46,671 bases of DNA, taken from a virus (lineage: Duplodnaviria > Caudoviricetes). The stretch lies in IMG/VR virus record IMGVR_UViG_3300005915_000032, positions 1 to 46,671 of that record; one strand, given 5' to 3'. The translations under genes and the position numbers were made by a program. Shown piece after piece: positions 20,318 to 29,805 of this stretch (within the stretch, counting starts at the first letter, position 1; the number at the start of each line of letters is the position of its first letter). The notes under the pieces are model-generated. The model was given only the letters and a program-made list of their open reading frames with translations, was not told the origin of the DNA and ran no database searches.

Positions 20318-21511
20318 ATGAAAACAGTAGCTTTATCATTCCTATTGGATGATATGAATGTACATCAAGACTTTGATAGGGTCGAAGAGCAGTACAAAGT
20401 TAGAGCCATTGATGCTTCTATTCGTGAGATTAGACAAGGCACTAACTTCCCATGGAACTTAAAGAAGGGAACACTTCGAGTATTCGATGATGTTCTTGAG
20501 TATCCAATCAATGCAGAGCATGATGAATTAGCTTATATAGATAAGCAAGACAAGGATAGTTATGCAGATACTGCTAGGTTTTTTAATACATCGTTACAGC
20601 AATTCTATGAAGATGTAAACAGTACACGAAACACAATGGCTGATGTATGGAAAGACGGTACTAGATTCTTAGGAATAAACTATAAAGAAATACAAATAGG
20701 AATGGCACAGCTTTCAAGTGCTGAAGTTACTGACCAATATACAGCCTCAGATGATGCCTCAGACATAGGATTAGACACCATCAATAACATAAGAGGCAAC
20801 TCCTGTATTCAGTTTACAATTACAGATAGTGCTGGTACAGCCACTATAGTTGATACTACAGCTTTCTCATCTGATGATAATTATAAGAAAAAATATCATT
20901 TCAGATGGGTATATCTAAGTGCAGTCCCGACTAGTATTGAAATGAGATTAAGGACAGATGCTTCAAATTATCTATCAAGCGGAGCATTAACAACTCAGTT
21001 CGCAGGTAATTCTTTAGTAGCTAATGACTGGAATTTAATAGCCTATGATTTAAACACTGCAACAGAGGTAGGGACATTCGATGAAAACTCAATCGCTGAT
21101 GAAATGGTTATCTTCACAGGTGCTGCGACTGGTGTATATAGATTAGATCAGTCAAGTCTTAGAGGTTGGGAACTATTAGACTATTGGTTCTACAGTCTTT
21201 ATAATGTAGTGACAAGTGCCTCGAGTGTAGCTGATAAAGAGTTTTTTATCGGAACTACAGAAAGTTCTGCTGATATAGATACTACAGATAAACTACTTGG
21301 AGAGCATAAGTGGATTAATTTAGTGTTAGCCTATACAAAAAGAAAGTTACTCGGTGAGATTGAAAACCCTACATTGCTTAGTTTAGTTAGAGAAGAAAAG
21401 GCAAAGGCAGTTAAAGACTTCAATTCTAAATTTCCTACAATGACTAAGAAAATAATTACAAAAAGACGAAGATATAACAATAACCCAGTTAATGCTTATT
21501 TACAAAGATAA
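20318..21511 (+). CDS. head-tail adaptor/tail tubular protein A-like with inserted beta-sandwich
   Basis: Helical ends ('RAIDASIREI..FPW'), position before the beta-propeller-like tail protein. Confidence 0.5.
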   Translation: MKTVALSFLLDDMNVHQDFDRVEEQYKVRAIDASIREIRQGTNFPWNLKKGTLRVFDDVLEYPINAEHDELAYIDKQDKDSYADTARFFNTSLQQFYEDVNSTRNTMADVWKDGTRFLGINYKEIQIGMAQLSSAEVTDQYTASDDASDIGLDTINNIRGNSCIQFTITDSAGTATIVDTTAFSSDDNYKKKYHFRWVYLSAVPTSIEMRLRTDASNYLSSGALTTQFAGNSLVANDWNLIAYDLNTATEVGTFDENSIADEMVIFTGAATGVYRLDQSSLRGWELLDYWFYSLYNVVTSASSVADKEFFIGTTESSADIDTTDKLLGEHKWINLVLAYTKRKLLGEIENPTLLSLVREEKAKAVKDFNSKFPTMTKKIITKRRRYNNNPVNAYLQR

Positions 21512-21515
21512 TAAT

Positions 21516-23468
21516 ATGTTTAAAAAATATAAATTAGGTTCAATTCTCTCAGTATTATTACTAGTAGGATTATTGTTAATCCCTGTAGTTGCTTTCATTA
21601 ATTCACCGAATAGAAATACTGATAACATATTGGGAGCAAGCCGACCATCAGGAGCTGAATGGACAGTAATTAGTTCATTTAATGGTTATCAGACTAAAGT
21701 TGATCCAAGCAAGGTAGCTAATGGAGCTAATCCTCAGGGACAAAATACAACATCTAATGACGGTGATAGAATATCTATCAGAGATATAGGTTATGAGATA
21801 TTTCCTAGTACTCTCACAGCATCAAGCGCTGAAGAGGCTATCACATCTTTACATAATTTTAGGCGTAGAACAGGGGAAAACATACTAATACGTGCGCATG
21901 GTACTGTTTTGGACTATTTTGAAGAAGATAATGACACTTGGGAAACACTTAAAACAGGACTATCAGACGGAGCTTCATTTGGTTTCGCTGATTATAACAT
22001 CAATACAGACTTAGTTTCATACACATACTTTGGTAATGCAGTGGATGACTTCTCCAGATGGACTGGTAATCATTCCCTCTTGAACGGAGCATTATCATTA
22101 AATGACTCTTACGTTACAATTGATGATATTTCAGGGTTTACATTAGGTGCAGATACTATCGTAGTTTGTGGTACTGAACTAGCTTACACTAGTGCTTCTA
22201 GCACTTTAAATAGGTTTTTATTAACAGCCTCATCGACTATAGCATGTGCTGATAATTCAGGCATGGCTGAAGCAGTAGAAACCTATTCTAGTAACCCTAA
22301 AGGTAATATATATTTAGTAGATTCAAATAGATTGTTTATTTCAGGTGTGGCCAGTACATCCCAGGCTGTGTTCTTCTCAGAATATGGTGATGCTACTACA
22401 TATTTAACAAATCTTGTAACTGATTCTACTGATACAAGTGGTGGTATATTTAACTTCGGAGAGGGCGGAGGAGCTGTAATAGATATGGCAGCCGATGAAA
22501 GTTCTATATATTTTTTCAAACAATCAACCATACGTAAAGCTACTTTAAGTGATACAATATACACGCTCGGAGTATTAAAACCGTTTGATGGGAAATCACA
22601 GACTGTTGGTTTAGCTAATGGAAGTAAGTCATTTACCGGTGGAAATGGTATATTCTTTGTTACACCTGATAATCAAATCATGGATCTAACACGTGTAGAA
22701 ACTGTAGATTATCCTCAAGTTATACCTATATCAGAGATTATACAGCCTACAGTATCAGAATTTAGCTTAGGTAGCCAGAGAGGTATAGTATTTAGAGATA
22801 AAGCTTATTTCACAGTTAAGGCTAGTTCAGATTCTTCAAATAATGATACAATAATGGTATGGAATATTAAAGAAAAGCAATGGGATTCTCCTATAGTAGG
22901 TTGGAATGTAAGTGACTTTGTGGTATATGACGATGGAACTAGTGAAGAATTATATATTGGCGATGCAGTTAGTCCTAACGTATATAAAGTCATCCCAGAG
23001 GCACAGGACGGCGTATTTGAGGTAGTAGCTAATTGGAGGAGTAAACAGTTCGACTTTGGTCTACCACACGCTCAGAAGGAGGTTTTAGACGTATTTATAG
23101 ATGGATATATCGCTCAGAACACTACATTGTCAGTTAATTTGTTATTAGATGAAGACGGTTATACTCAGTCGTTTAGTCATGATATTACAGGTACTGATGA
23201 TAATATTATTTATGATTCTACAGTATTTAATGCAATAGGACTTAGTGCTTTTGGCACTAATAGATTCGGTAGCCAGGAAGATATAAGTGGTAAGAAGAAA
23301 TTTAGAGTGTATCTTGGGAGTAGTTTTAGAACTTCACCATTTTATGTAGTTCAGATGGAATTCACGTCGGATGGTGAGAGCCAGGATTGGGAGATACTTA
23401 ATTATGGTTTTCAATGGAGACCATACACTACACCTACAAGAAGAGATCTATACAAACCGTTCAAGTAA
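21516..23468 (+). CDS. tail tubular protein B / DNA stabilization (P22 gp10-like) protein with N-terminal hydrophobic leader
   Basis: Propeller-like repeats (NRLFISG, WRSKQFDFGLP..K); synteny before ejection genes; second ATG likelier. Confidence 0.65.
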   Translation: MFKKYKLGSILSVLLLVGLLLIPVVAFINSPNRNTDNILGASRPSGAEWTVISSFNGYQTKVDPSKVANGANPQGQNTTSNDGDRISIRDIGYEIFPSTLTASSAEEAITSLHNFRRRTGENILIRAHGTVLDYFEEDNDTWETLKTGLSDGASFGFADYNINTDLVSYTYFGNAVDDFSRWTGNHSLLNGALSLNDSYVTIDDISGFTLGADTIVVCGTELAYTSASSTLNRFLLTASSTIACADNSGMAEAVETYSSNPKGNIYLVDSNRLFISGVASTSQAVFFSEYGDATTYLTNLVTDSTDTSGGIFNFGEGGGAVIDMAADESSIYFFKQSTIRKATLSDTIYTLGVLKPFDGKSQTVGLANGSKSFTGGNGIFFVTPDNQIMDLTRVETVDYPQVIPISEIIQPTVSEFSLGSQRGIVFRDKAYFTVKASSDSSNNDTIMVWNIKEKQWDSPIVGWNVSDFVVYDDGTSEELYIGDAVSPNVYKVIPEAQDGVFEVVANWRSKQFDFGLPHAQKEVLDVFIDGYIAQNTTLSVNLLLDEDGYTQSFSHDITGTDDNIIYDSTVFNAIGLSAFGTNRFGSQEDISGKKKFRVYLGSSFRTSPFYVVQMEFTSDGESQDWEILNYGFQWRPYTTPTRRDLYKPFK

Positions 23469-23490
23469 TAATAAATAATAATATAATAAT

Positions 23491-24909
23491 ATGGCAAAAG
23501 AAAAATTCACAGATCCAGCTCTAGCTTCTGGTGTAGATCCATTAGGTCAATTCGTTGGCACAGGAAAAGAAAGTGTTAATGATGGCACTTTATTCTCAGG
23601 AGATGCGGATCCAACAACAGGACAAAGGCAAGAAAGGTTTGTTAAATCTCCTGACACCTTCGTACCAAAAGCTCCTGTCTTATCAGGTGGTACTGATAAA
23701 CAAAGAGATGAACTTATGTCTAATAAGGATAATATAGGTGGATTATTAGGTGATTTAGACAAAAGCACTGACCTTCCAACAGGTAGCGTATTAAAAGACC
23801 TACAATCTTCTAGGGATCGAATAAATACCACTACTTCAGATGAGTTAAAACTAATAAAAGAAGCTGGTGAAGATGCCGGTGCAGCATTTGATTCACAGAT
23901 CGAAAGTGCTGAAGAGTCAAGGAAGAGAGAATTAGCTACAGGGATTGTTAGAGCTGGTGAAGCTGGAGGATTTGAAAGTACTCAATTAGCAGGTACTGCA
24001 GCAGTATTACCGACAGACCCTGCTACAGGAGAAGCATTTGTAGGTGCTGGAGGAAGACTATCACAGCAAAGACAACTTCTTGATAGGAATATATCCTTTA
24101 TTAAAGCAGAGCAACAGAGGGCTATACAAGCAGCCAGATCGGCACAACGTAAGTATCTTAAGGACGGCAAACGTGAAGACTTCAATGATGCAGTTTCACT
24201 AGCTAAACTAGCCAATGATTTCGCACAAGATGCTGAGAACTTAAAGATAAAGAAGGAACAGGCTGAAACAAGTAAGGCAGCAGAATTTAGACAAGGTGTA
24301 ACAGCAGAATTTAACATAGTAAAGAACATATCAGAAGGTGAAACAGTAAATATCGGTGGTGTAGATTTTGTGGGGATTAAAATACCTGACAGTGAAAAAG
24401 CTTTCTTCTCTGGAAGTAATATTATAAGTTTAATGGGGCAACTAGAGGAAGGTGAAACTTTAGAACTACCACCAGATCCTGTTACTGGATCAATTTGGAC
24501 TGTGGAAGGACAGAAAGACCCTGCGACTACTCAAGCTATTGACGATAACGGAAATTTATCTATTATTAATAAAAAAACTGGAGAGGTAATATCTAAAGCA
24601 GCTAATGTAGGCAAGTCTAAGACAGCTCCAATATCAGTAAATATTAGAAGAGAGACTGGAGCATTGATAACTGGTATTTCTGATAGTTTAGAAGCTGATA
24701 AAGGTGAAGACGGAAAGGTAAATCCAGCTACATACGGACAAAAACAAAGAGAATTTATAGTTGGCCAAGGTGGTACAGCTGATGATTTTAAAAGAATGTT
24801 CCCACCTGAAGAATTTTTAAATTCTAATAACCCAGACACAATACAATTCTTCCAAACACCTAAAGATGTGTTAAAAGGTGAGGGAGATGATGGACCTTTA
24901 TTTGAATAA
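23491..24909 (+). CDS. internal virion/ejection protein
   Basis: G/A/Q-rich helical protein between tail hub and large ejection gene. Confidence 0.55.
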   Translation: MAKEKFTDPALASGVDPLGQFVGTGKESVNDGTLFSGDADPTTGQRQERFVKSPDTFVPKAPVLSGGTDKQRDELMSNKDNIGGLLGDLDKSTDLPTGSVLKDLQSSRDRINTTTSDELKLIKEAGEDAGAAFDSQIESAEESRKRELATGIVRAGEAGGFESTQLAGTAAVLPTDPATGEAFVGAGGRLSQQRQLLDRNISFIKAEQQRAIQAARSAQRKYLKDGKREDFNDAVSLAKLANDFAQDAENLKIKKEQAETSKAAEFRQGVTAEFNIVKNISEGETVNIGGVDFVGIKIPDSEKAFFSGSNIISLMGQLEEGETLELPPDPVTGSIWTVEGQKDPATTQAIDDNGNLSIINKKTGEVISKAANVGKSKTAPISVNIRRETGALITGISDSLEADKGEDGKVNPATYGQKQREFIVGQGGTADDFKRMFPPEEFLNSNNPDTIQFFQTPKDVLKGEGDDGPLFE

Positions 24910-24926
24910 TAATTAAAATATAACAT

Positions 24927-27900
24927 ATGGGACTTTTATCAGGATTTAAAAAATTTACTATCGGTGCAGCAAAGTTAATAGCACCTATTGGAGAATCAGT
25001 TGGTAGTGCTTTGGCTGTTCCAGAAGCTAAAAGATTAGAAGACCAAAAAACACAGAATGAATTAAAGGTTAGACAACTTTTAATAGATAGAGTTAGGACA
25101 GAAAAGGATCCGATTAAAAAAGAGAGATTACTTAAAATAGCCAACAGAAGCGTGAGTGAAAAGAATCAAGGTATTATTGAATCAGTTGATGCTTTTCAAG
25201 AAAGACCACTCCAGACATTCGCAAAAGCTGGTATCACCGTTGCTAATATAGCTTTATTAGGCAAGGCACCTAAATCTCTAGGTTTTTTAAGGACAAAAGC
25301 AGCAGCTGATTTTATAGCCGGAGCACATGGAGTGAAGAAAGTCACTACTGCTGCTAAAATTGCCAGAGGAGCTTCAATCGCTGCTAAGGACTTTGGAATT
25401 GGATCAGGTTTTGGTACATTGTTTGCACTTGAAAAAGGGGAAAGAGATCCGAAAAAAATAGCTAAGGAAGCATTAACTATTGGAGGTATATCAGCTGTGT
25501 TACCACCTGTTGTTGGTAAGACACTAGGTTTATCTGGTAGAGCAATAAGTAAAGGAGCTAAAGTTGCAGGTAAAGGATTAGAGAAGGGTATAACAAAACT
25601 AGAGGCATTAGCTGAGAAACCTTTTGTTAAACCACAAAATGCCTTAGATGAATTTATAAACGTAGCACATGGGACTAAACAAACACCATTATTTAAGAAT
25701 GTAGTGGCTAAAGGAGCTGAATTTGGTAGAGGACTACAGAACCTACCATCAAGATTGAAGATTGCATTATTAGACAGAATGTCACCATTCAGAGATCTAT
25801 CAAAACAAGTGACAGAAATTACTGGCAAACCAGTAAGTTTTGTCGATGATCCATATCAGCAGGCAAGAAGAACCCAGGGGATTATAGACGGTAAATTTAA
25901 TCAAGAAGCTAAAAGTTTATTTACAAATATAGTGAATGATTTTCCAGAGGTTGAGTTAGAAGCTCAAGGATATTTAGCTGCTAAAAATGCACTAGATAGA
26001 ATAAATCTTGGACAAAAAGTAGTTCGTGGATTAAATAAAGAGCAAGCTCAAGAGGCTATTAGACTAGCCGAAGCATCAGATAAATTCCCAATCATACAGG
26101 GTTATGAACAATCAATTCAAAAAGTAAGAGATAGAATAATGGATATAAGATTACAGTCTGGATTAATAGATGAAAAAACAGCAGAGACATTAAGAAAAAC
26201 TCATCCAAATTATGTTCCCAATAAAGTATTAGATTTCTTTGAAGAAGGAGGCACTACAGTTGGAGATTTAGTAAAACCATCAGGGACTAAATTTTCTGTT
26301 ACAGAATCAGGTATTAAAAAAGCTAAAGGATCTGAGAGAGAGATTATGAATCCAGTTGAAGCTATGATTGTTGAACTTAAGAAAGCTATCACGGATTCTG
26401 AAAGAAACAATGTAGCTAATAAGGTTATAGGTGTTGCTGAAAATAATAATGTAACTAAAGAATTAGGATTTGAGAAAATAAATAAACTATCAGAATTTAA
26501 AAATTTTGATGATTTTATAAAATCACAAAAAGAATTATTTAGAGGAGATGTCCTTAAACCATTTGATGTTAATAATGTATCGAAAAATAGAGGTGTATCT
26601 TTCACTGAAAGTAGAAGCCTCGCTTTTGATTTTGCAGATTCGAAAAAATCTTCAGGTCAAGAAGAAGACTTTATTAGTAACTTTTTTATTTCACCTAAGG
26701 CCAAGATATTAGAAGAAAAAAATATACCTAATATTTTAAAAAAAGAAGCTTCTGAAGCAACTAGAAATTTCATAAAATCTAGTAGTGAAGATAATGTATT
26801 AGAAAAAATAATGCTAGAAAAACAGCAAAAGATTATAACATTCGCAAAAAATAATAATTTTGATGGAGTAAGAATCCCAGGCGTTGATGATCTTGATGAG
26901 CTAGAAACAGTTATTTTAAATACTGACGTGCTTAAAACAGAATCACAAATGAAGGATATTTTTAATAATATAAAAAAAATTATACAACCAAAAGAGGTAG
27001 ACTTAAAAGCACAAGGTCTTGAGAAGGTATCAAGATATGTGAATGGGGTAAAAGAAGACTGGTTAGTACCAAGAGATATTGGTGCTGCTATGAAAAACTT
27101 AGATGTTAAAGAACTTGGTACTGTTGGCAAGTTGTTATCTATACCTACTCAAATATTAAAGGCAGGTGCTACTAGATTCAATCCTGACTTTATATTTAGG
27201 AATCCTGCTCGTGATATACAGACTGCAAAAATTACTTCATCCACAGGACTTTCTGGTAAAGATTGGGTGAAAATATTATTACAATCTAAAGGAAAGAGTG
27301 CTGAATTATTAAAAGCAGCTGAAACAGAGGGCGCTCTTCTTTCTGGTTTAATACAGAAAGAAAACACACCGAAGGCCGTTTTAAATGCTATAGACAATTC
27401 TATAACAATAAAAAAGGTTGCAAAGGAGTATAACCCACTATCAATCATAGAAAAAGTAGGGGAGAAATTTGAAAACAACACTCGATTAGCAGTATTTAAG
27501 GGTGGTGTAGACCAAGGGCTAAGCCCTGCCGAAGCTGCTTTTAATGCTAGGAATGCTAGTATTGATTTTAGTAAGATGGGTAATGTCACCGCTGTTATTA
27601 ATAAGTTTATTCCATTTCTTAATGCTAGAATACAAGGTTTTTCCAACATTGGTACAGCACTAAAAAGAGACCCAACTAAATTTGTTAGAGAACAATTATG
27701 GACAGCAGCTTATCCTACAATGTTATTGAACTCGCATAATAACAATTTTGAGAGTTATAAGAACATACCACAAAGAACTAAGGATCAGCATTGGATTATA
27801 ATGATAGATGAAGAAGATGGTACAGATGAAGGAGGTAATCCAATTAAAGTTCCTAATGCTATTCGTATACCAAAAGGTGAATCTCAAGCGGCTGTCGCCA

Positions 27901-28817
27901 ATACATTAGATCATTTCTTAGATTTTGCAAAAGACAGAGATGTTAGAACTTATAAAGAATTGGTTGGTGATTTAGCTCAAGGAATATCTCCTGTTGCTGG
28001 TGTATCAGCTATTGGTCCGCTAACTGCACCATTGGAACTATCTACTAACTTCGATTTGTTTAAGAAGAAGAAGATTGTGCCTGATTTTATAAGTGTAGGT
28101 GGAAAGTCTTTTGATAGTAAGGAACTTGAGGATAAACATAAATTCACAAAATACTCAACTGAAACCGCTAAAAGGATAGGACAACAATTTGATATATCTC
28201 CAGCTAAAATTGATTTCATAAATCAGAAGTTATTCGGTGGTCTAGGCCCAACAATATTTAAATCATTAGATATAGCTGAAGAAGGGTTCGCTCCCAAGGC
28301 TGGAATTGAGGCAGGTGCTAAACTATCTACTTTTGAGAAGATGGCACAAACTCCAGTATTAAAAGGATTCCTAACTACATCTAATTATGGAGGTATAGTA
28401 AAAGATATTGAATTAGCTGATAAGATAGGTAAAGAAATATCTACCCCTGAGTTTATACAAAGACAACAGGCTACAATTCTTTGGGAAACATTAAAAAAAC
28501 TTCCCAAAGAGGAAGCTAATGATATAGCTCGTGAAATGAAAGAAGAGGACCCACGTATGTTTAATAGATTAAAAGACATCAAAGAAGATGAAAAACAAGG
28601 ATTAAATTCTACTGAAAGGTTAATAAAGAATCTTGGTGTAAGTAGTGGAGAAAGAGCATTGTTCATTGTTGAACAGTTGAATATGATTGATACGAAAGAA
28701 GGAAAGAATCAAATATTTAAAAACTGGAAAGACAAAAAACTTATCACTGATCAAGTTATGAAGCAGATAAAACACTTTAAAGAAACTGGTAGACTAAAAT
28801 CACCAGAAGAAGATTAA
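24927..28817 (+). CDS. large polyvalent ejection protein (ART-PolyVal-like insert, C-terminal LPD38-like)
   Basis: 1296 aa; 'IDFSKMG..NKFIPFLNARIQG', 'IRIPKG', 'ISPAKIDF' LPD38-type motifs; FRG/VSFT/FDGV/ELE ART-type motifs at ~26.5-26.9 kb. Confidence 0.7.
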   Translation: MGLLSGFKKFTIGAAKLIAPIGESVGSALAVPEAKRLEDQKTQNELKVRQLLIDRVRTEKDPIKKERLLKIANRSVSEKNQGIIESVDAFQERPLQTFAKAGITVANIALLGKAPKSLGFLRTKAAADFIAGAHGVKKVTTAAKIARGASIAAKDFGIGSGFGTLFALEKGERDPKKIAKEALTIGGISAVLPPVVGKTLGLSGRAISKGAKVAGKGLEKGITKLEALAEKPFVKPQNALDEFINVAHGTKQTPLFKNVVAKGAEFGRGLQNLPSRLKIALLDRMSPFRDLSKQVTEITGKPVSFVDDPYQQARRTQGIIDGKFNQEAKSLFTNIVNDFPEVELEAQGYLAAKNALDRINLGQKVVRGLNKEQAQEAIRLAEASDKFPIIQGYEQSIQKVRDRIMDIRLQSGLIDEKTAETLRKTHPNYVPNKVLDFFEEGGTTVGDLVKPSGTKFSVTESGIKKAKGSEREIMNPVEAMIVELKKAITDSERNNVANKVIGVAENNNVTKELGFEKINKLSEFKNFDDFIKSQKELFRGDVLKPFDVNNVSKNRGVSFTESRSLAFDFADSKKSSGQEEDFISNFFISPKAKILEEKNIPNILKKEASEATRNFIKSSSEDNVLEKIMLEKQQKIITFAKNNNFDGVRIPGVDDLDELETVILNTDVLKTESQMKDIFNNIKKIIQPKEVDLKAQGLEKVSRYVNGVKEDWLVPRDIGAAMKNLDVKELGTVGKLLSIPTQILKAGATRFNPDFIFRNPARDIQTAKITSSTGLSGKDWVKILLQSKGKSAELLKAAETEGALLSGLIQKENTPKAVLNAIDNSITIKKVAKEYNPLSIIEKVGEKFENNTRLAVFKGGVDQGLSPAEAAFNARNASIDFSKMGNVTAVINKFIPFLNARIQGFSNIGTALKRDPTKFVREQLWTAAYPTMLLNSHNNNFESYKNIPQRTKDQHWIIMIDEEDGTDEGGNPIKVPNAIRIPKGESQAAVANTLDHFLDFAKDRDVRTYKELVGDLAQGISPVAGVSAIGPLTAPLELSTNFDLFKKKKIVPDFISVGGKSFDSKELEDKHKFTKYSTETAKRIGQQFDISPAKIDFINQKLFGGLGPTIFKSLDIAEEGFAPKAGIEAGAKLSTFEKMAQTPVLKGFLTTSNYGGIVKDIELADKIGKEISTPEFIQRQQATILWETLKKLPKEEANDIAREMKEEDPRMFNRLKDIKEDEKQGLNSTERLIKNLGVSSGERALFIVEQLNMIDTKEGKNQIFKNWKDKKLITDQVMKQIKHFKETGRLKSPEED

Positions 28818-28915
28818 CGGTCTTCTGGACCGAGCCATTTATCTATACCAAGACACAAAACTACAGCTCCGAAGAGTCCATAGCATATATATCCTATTAT
28901 TACTTGTAGTTCCAT
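28814..28915 (-). CDS. small TM peptide (33 aa)
   Basis: Hand-translated MELQVIIGYICYGLFGAVVLCLGIDKWLGPEDR; stop overlaps the ejection gene stop. Confidence 0.4.
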   Translation of the reverse strand: MELQVIIGYICYGLFGAVVLCLGIDKWLGPEDR

Positions 28916-28940
28916 ATACTTTATATCAACTTATTAATAT

Positions 28941-28979
28941 GAAGCTCACTACGTCTATCGTGTGGGCTTCTTTTGTTTT
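28941..28979 (+). terminator. terminator ending the late arm
   Basis: GAAGCTCAC-12nt-GTGGGCTTC + TTTTGTTTT at the convergence of the two arms. Confidence 0.65.
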
Positions 28980-29000
28980 ATGTTATTCGCTAAGGTTAGG

Positions 29001-29153
29001 TTATTGTTCATCAATAAGACTAATAATGTTTCCTATCTTATTAATTAATTCTTTTTTGCTTAAATCGCACAATTCTTTGTGGGAATTGACTATACCCGCC
29101 AATATCCCCATTGTTATTAAATAAGCGCTTTTATTTATTGATGTCTTTTTCAT
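29001..29153 (-). CDS. hypothetical protein
   Basis: Likely ATG start MKKTSINK just after the upstream stop. Confidence 0.5.
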   Translation of the reverse strand: MKKTSINKSAYLITMGILAGIVNSHKELCDLSKKELINKIGNIISLIDEQ

Positions 29154-29154
29154 A

Positions 29155-29367
29155 TTATTTCTTATTCTTCTTTTTAATCCTAACCCACTTACCAGTCTTA
29201 TAGTCATAGATGTAACTCACCTCTAACTTATGTAAATCTTCACCTGTTATTACCTTATTTTTAACTTTTTTACTCAATGAATCCCAAGCTTCCTCCTTCG
29301 TATTAAATTCATCACCAAATTCTATCAATTCTCCATCTTTTATTGTAACTAATATATATTTTTTCAT
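29155..29367 (-). CDS. hypothetical protein
   Basis: 70-aa ORF, operon packing. Confidence 0.55.
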   Translation of the reverse strand: MKKYILVTIKDGELIEFGDEFNTKEEAWDSLSKKVKNKVITGEDLHKLEVSYIYDYKTGKWVRIKKKNKK

Positions 29368-29373
29368 ATTACT

Positions 29374-29805
29374 TCAATTTAATTTCTTAAGCTCGTATTC
29401 TATACCTATCTCTTTGAAATGCTCTACTGTCATACTCTTCCGTGTCATTGAATCACGCTTCTTAATAAAATGGTCTATATCAATACAGTAGAATATCTTA
29501 TTCTCCGGCACTGTGAACTTCTGTATGAAGATTAGTCCTGAGCCCGATATGCAAGAGCCATCACAATTCGTTCCCATTCCTCCATAATCACTATGTGTTT
29601 GAATAACTGATTTGTACTTCGCCTGTAGCAATAGACGTTCTTCTTTAGCTGTTAATTCTTTTACATCAAAACTTGTTTCTTTTCTTCTTATAACTTTGGT
29701 TTCAAACAAATATGATTTAGTAAATAGATGTTTATGGTATCCTAGCCATTTGACCAACTTAGAATGAAACTCAGCCTCATCTCTATTTCTTTTTTGATCG
29801 GTCAT
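29374..29805 (-). CDS. putative PD-(D/E)xK nuclease (RecU/VRR-Nuc-like resolvase)
   Basis: 'EAEFHSKL', 'FETK' E-x-K motif; adjacent to helicase. Confidence 0.45.
   Translation of the reverse strand: MTDQKRNRDEAEFHSKLVKWLGYHKHLFTKSYLFETKVIRRKETSFDVKELTAKEERLLLQAKYKSVIQTHSDYGGMGTNCDGSCISGSGLIFIQKFTVPENKIFYCIDIDHFIKKRDSMTRKSMTVEHFKEIGIEYELKKLN

Noticed and set aside
947-28666. Numerous - strand ORFs within the late arm (and + strand ORFs within the early arm)
   Set aside because: Antisense shadows of real genes, with atypical S/F/L-rich composition
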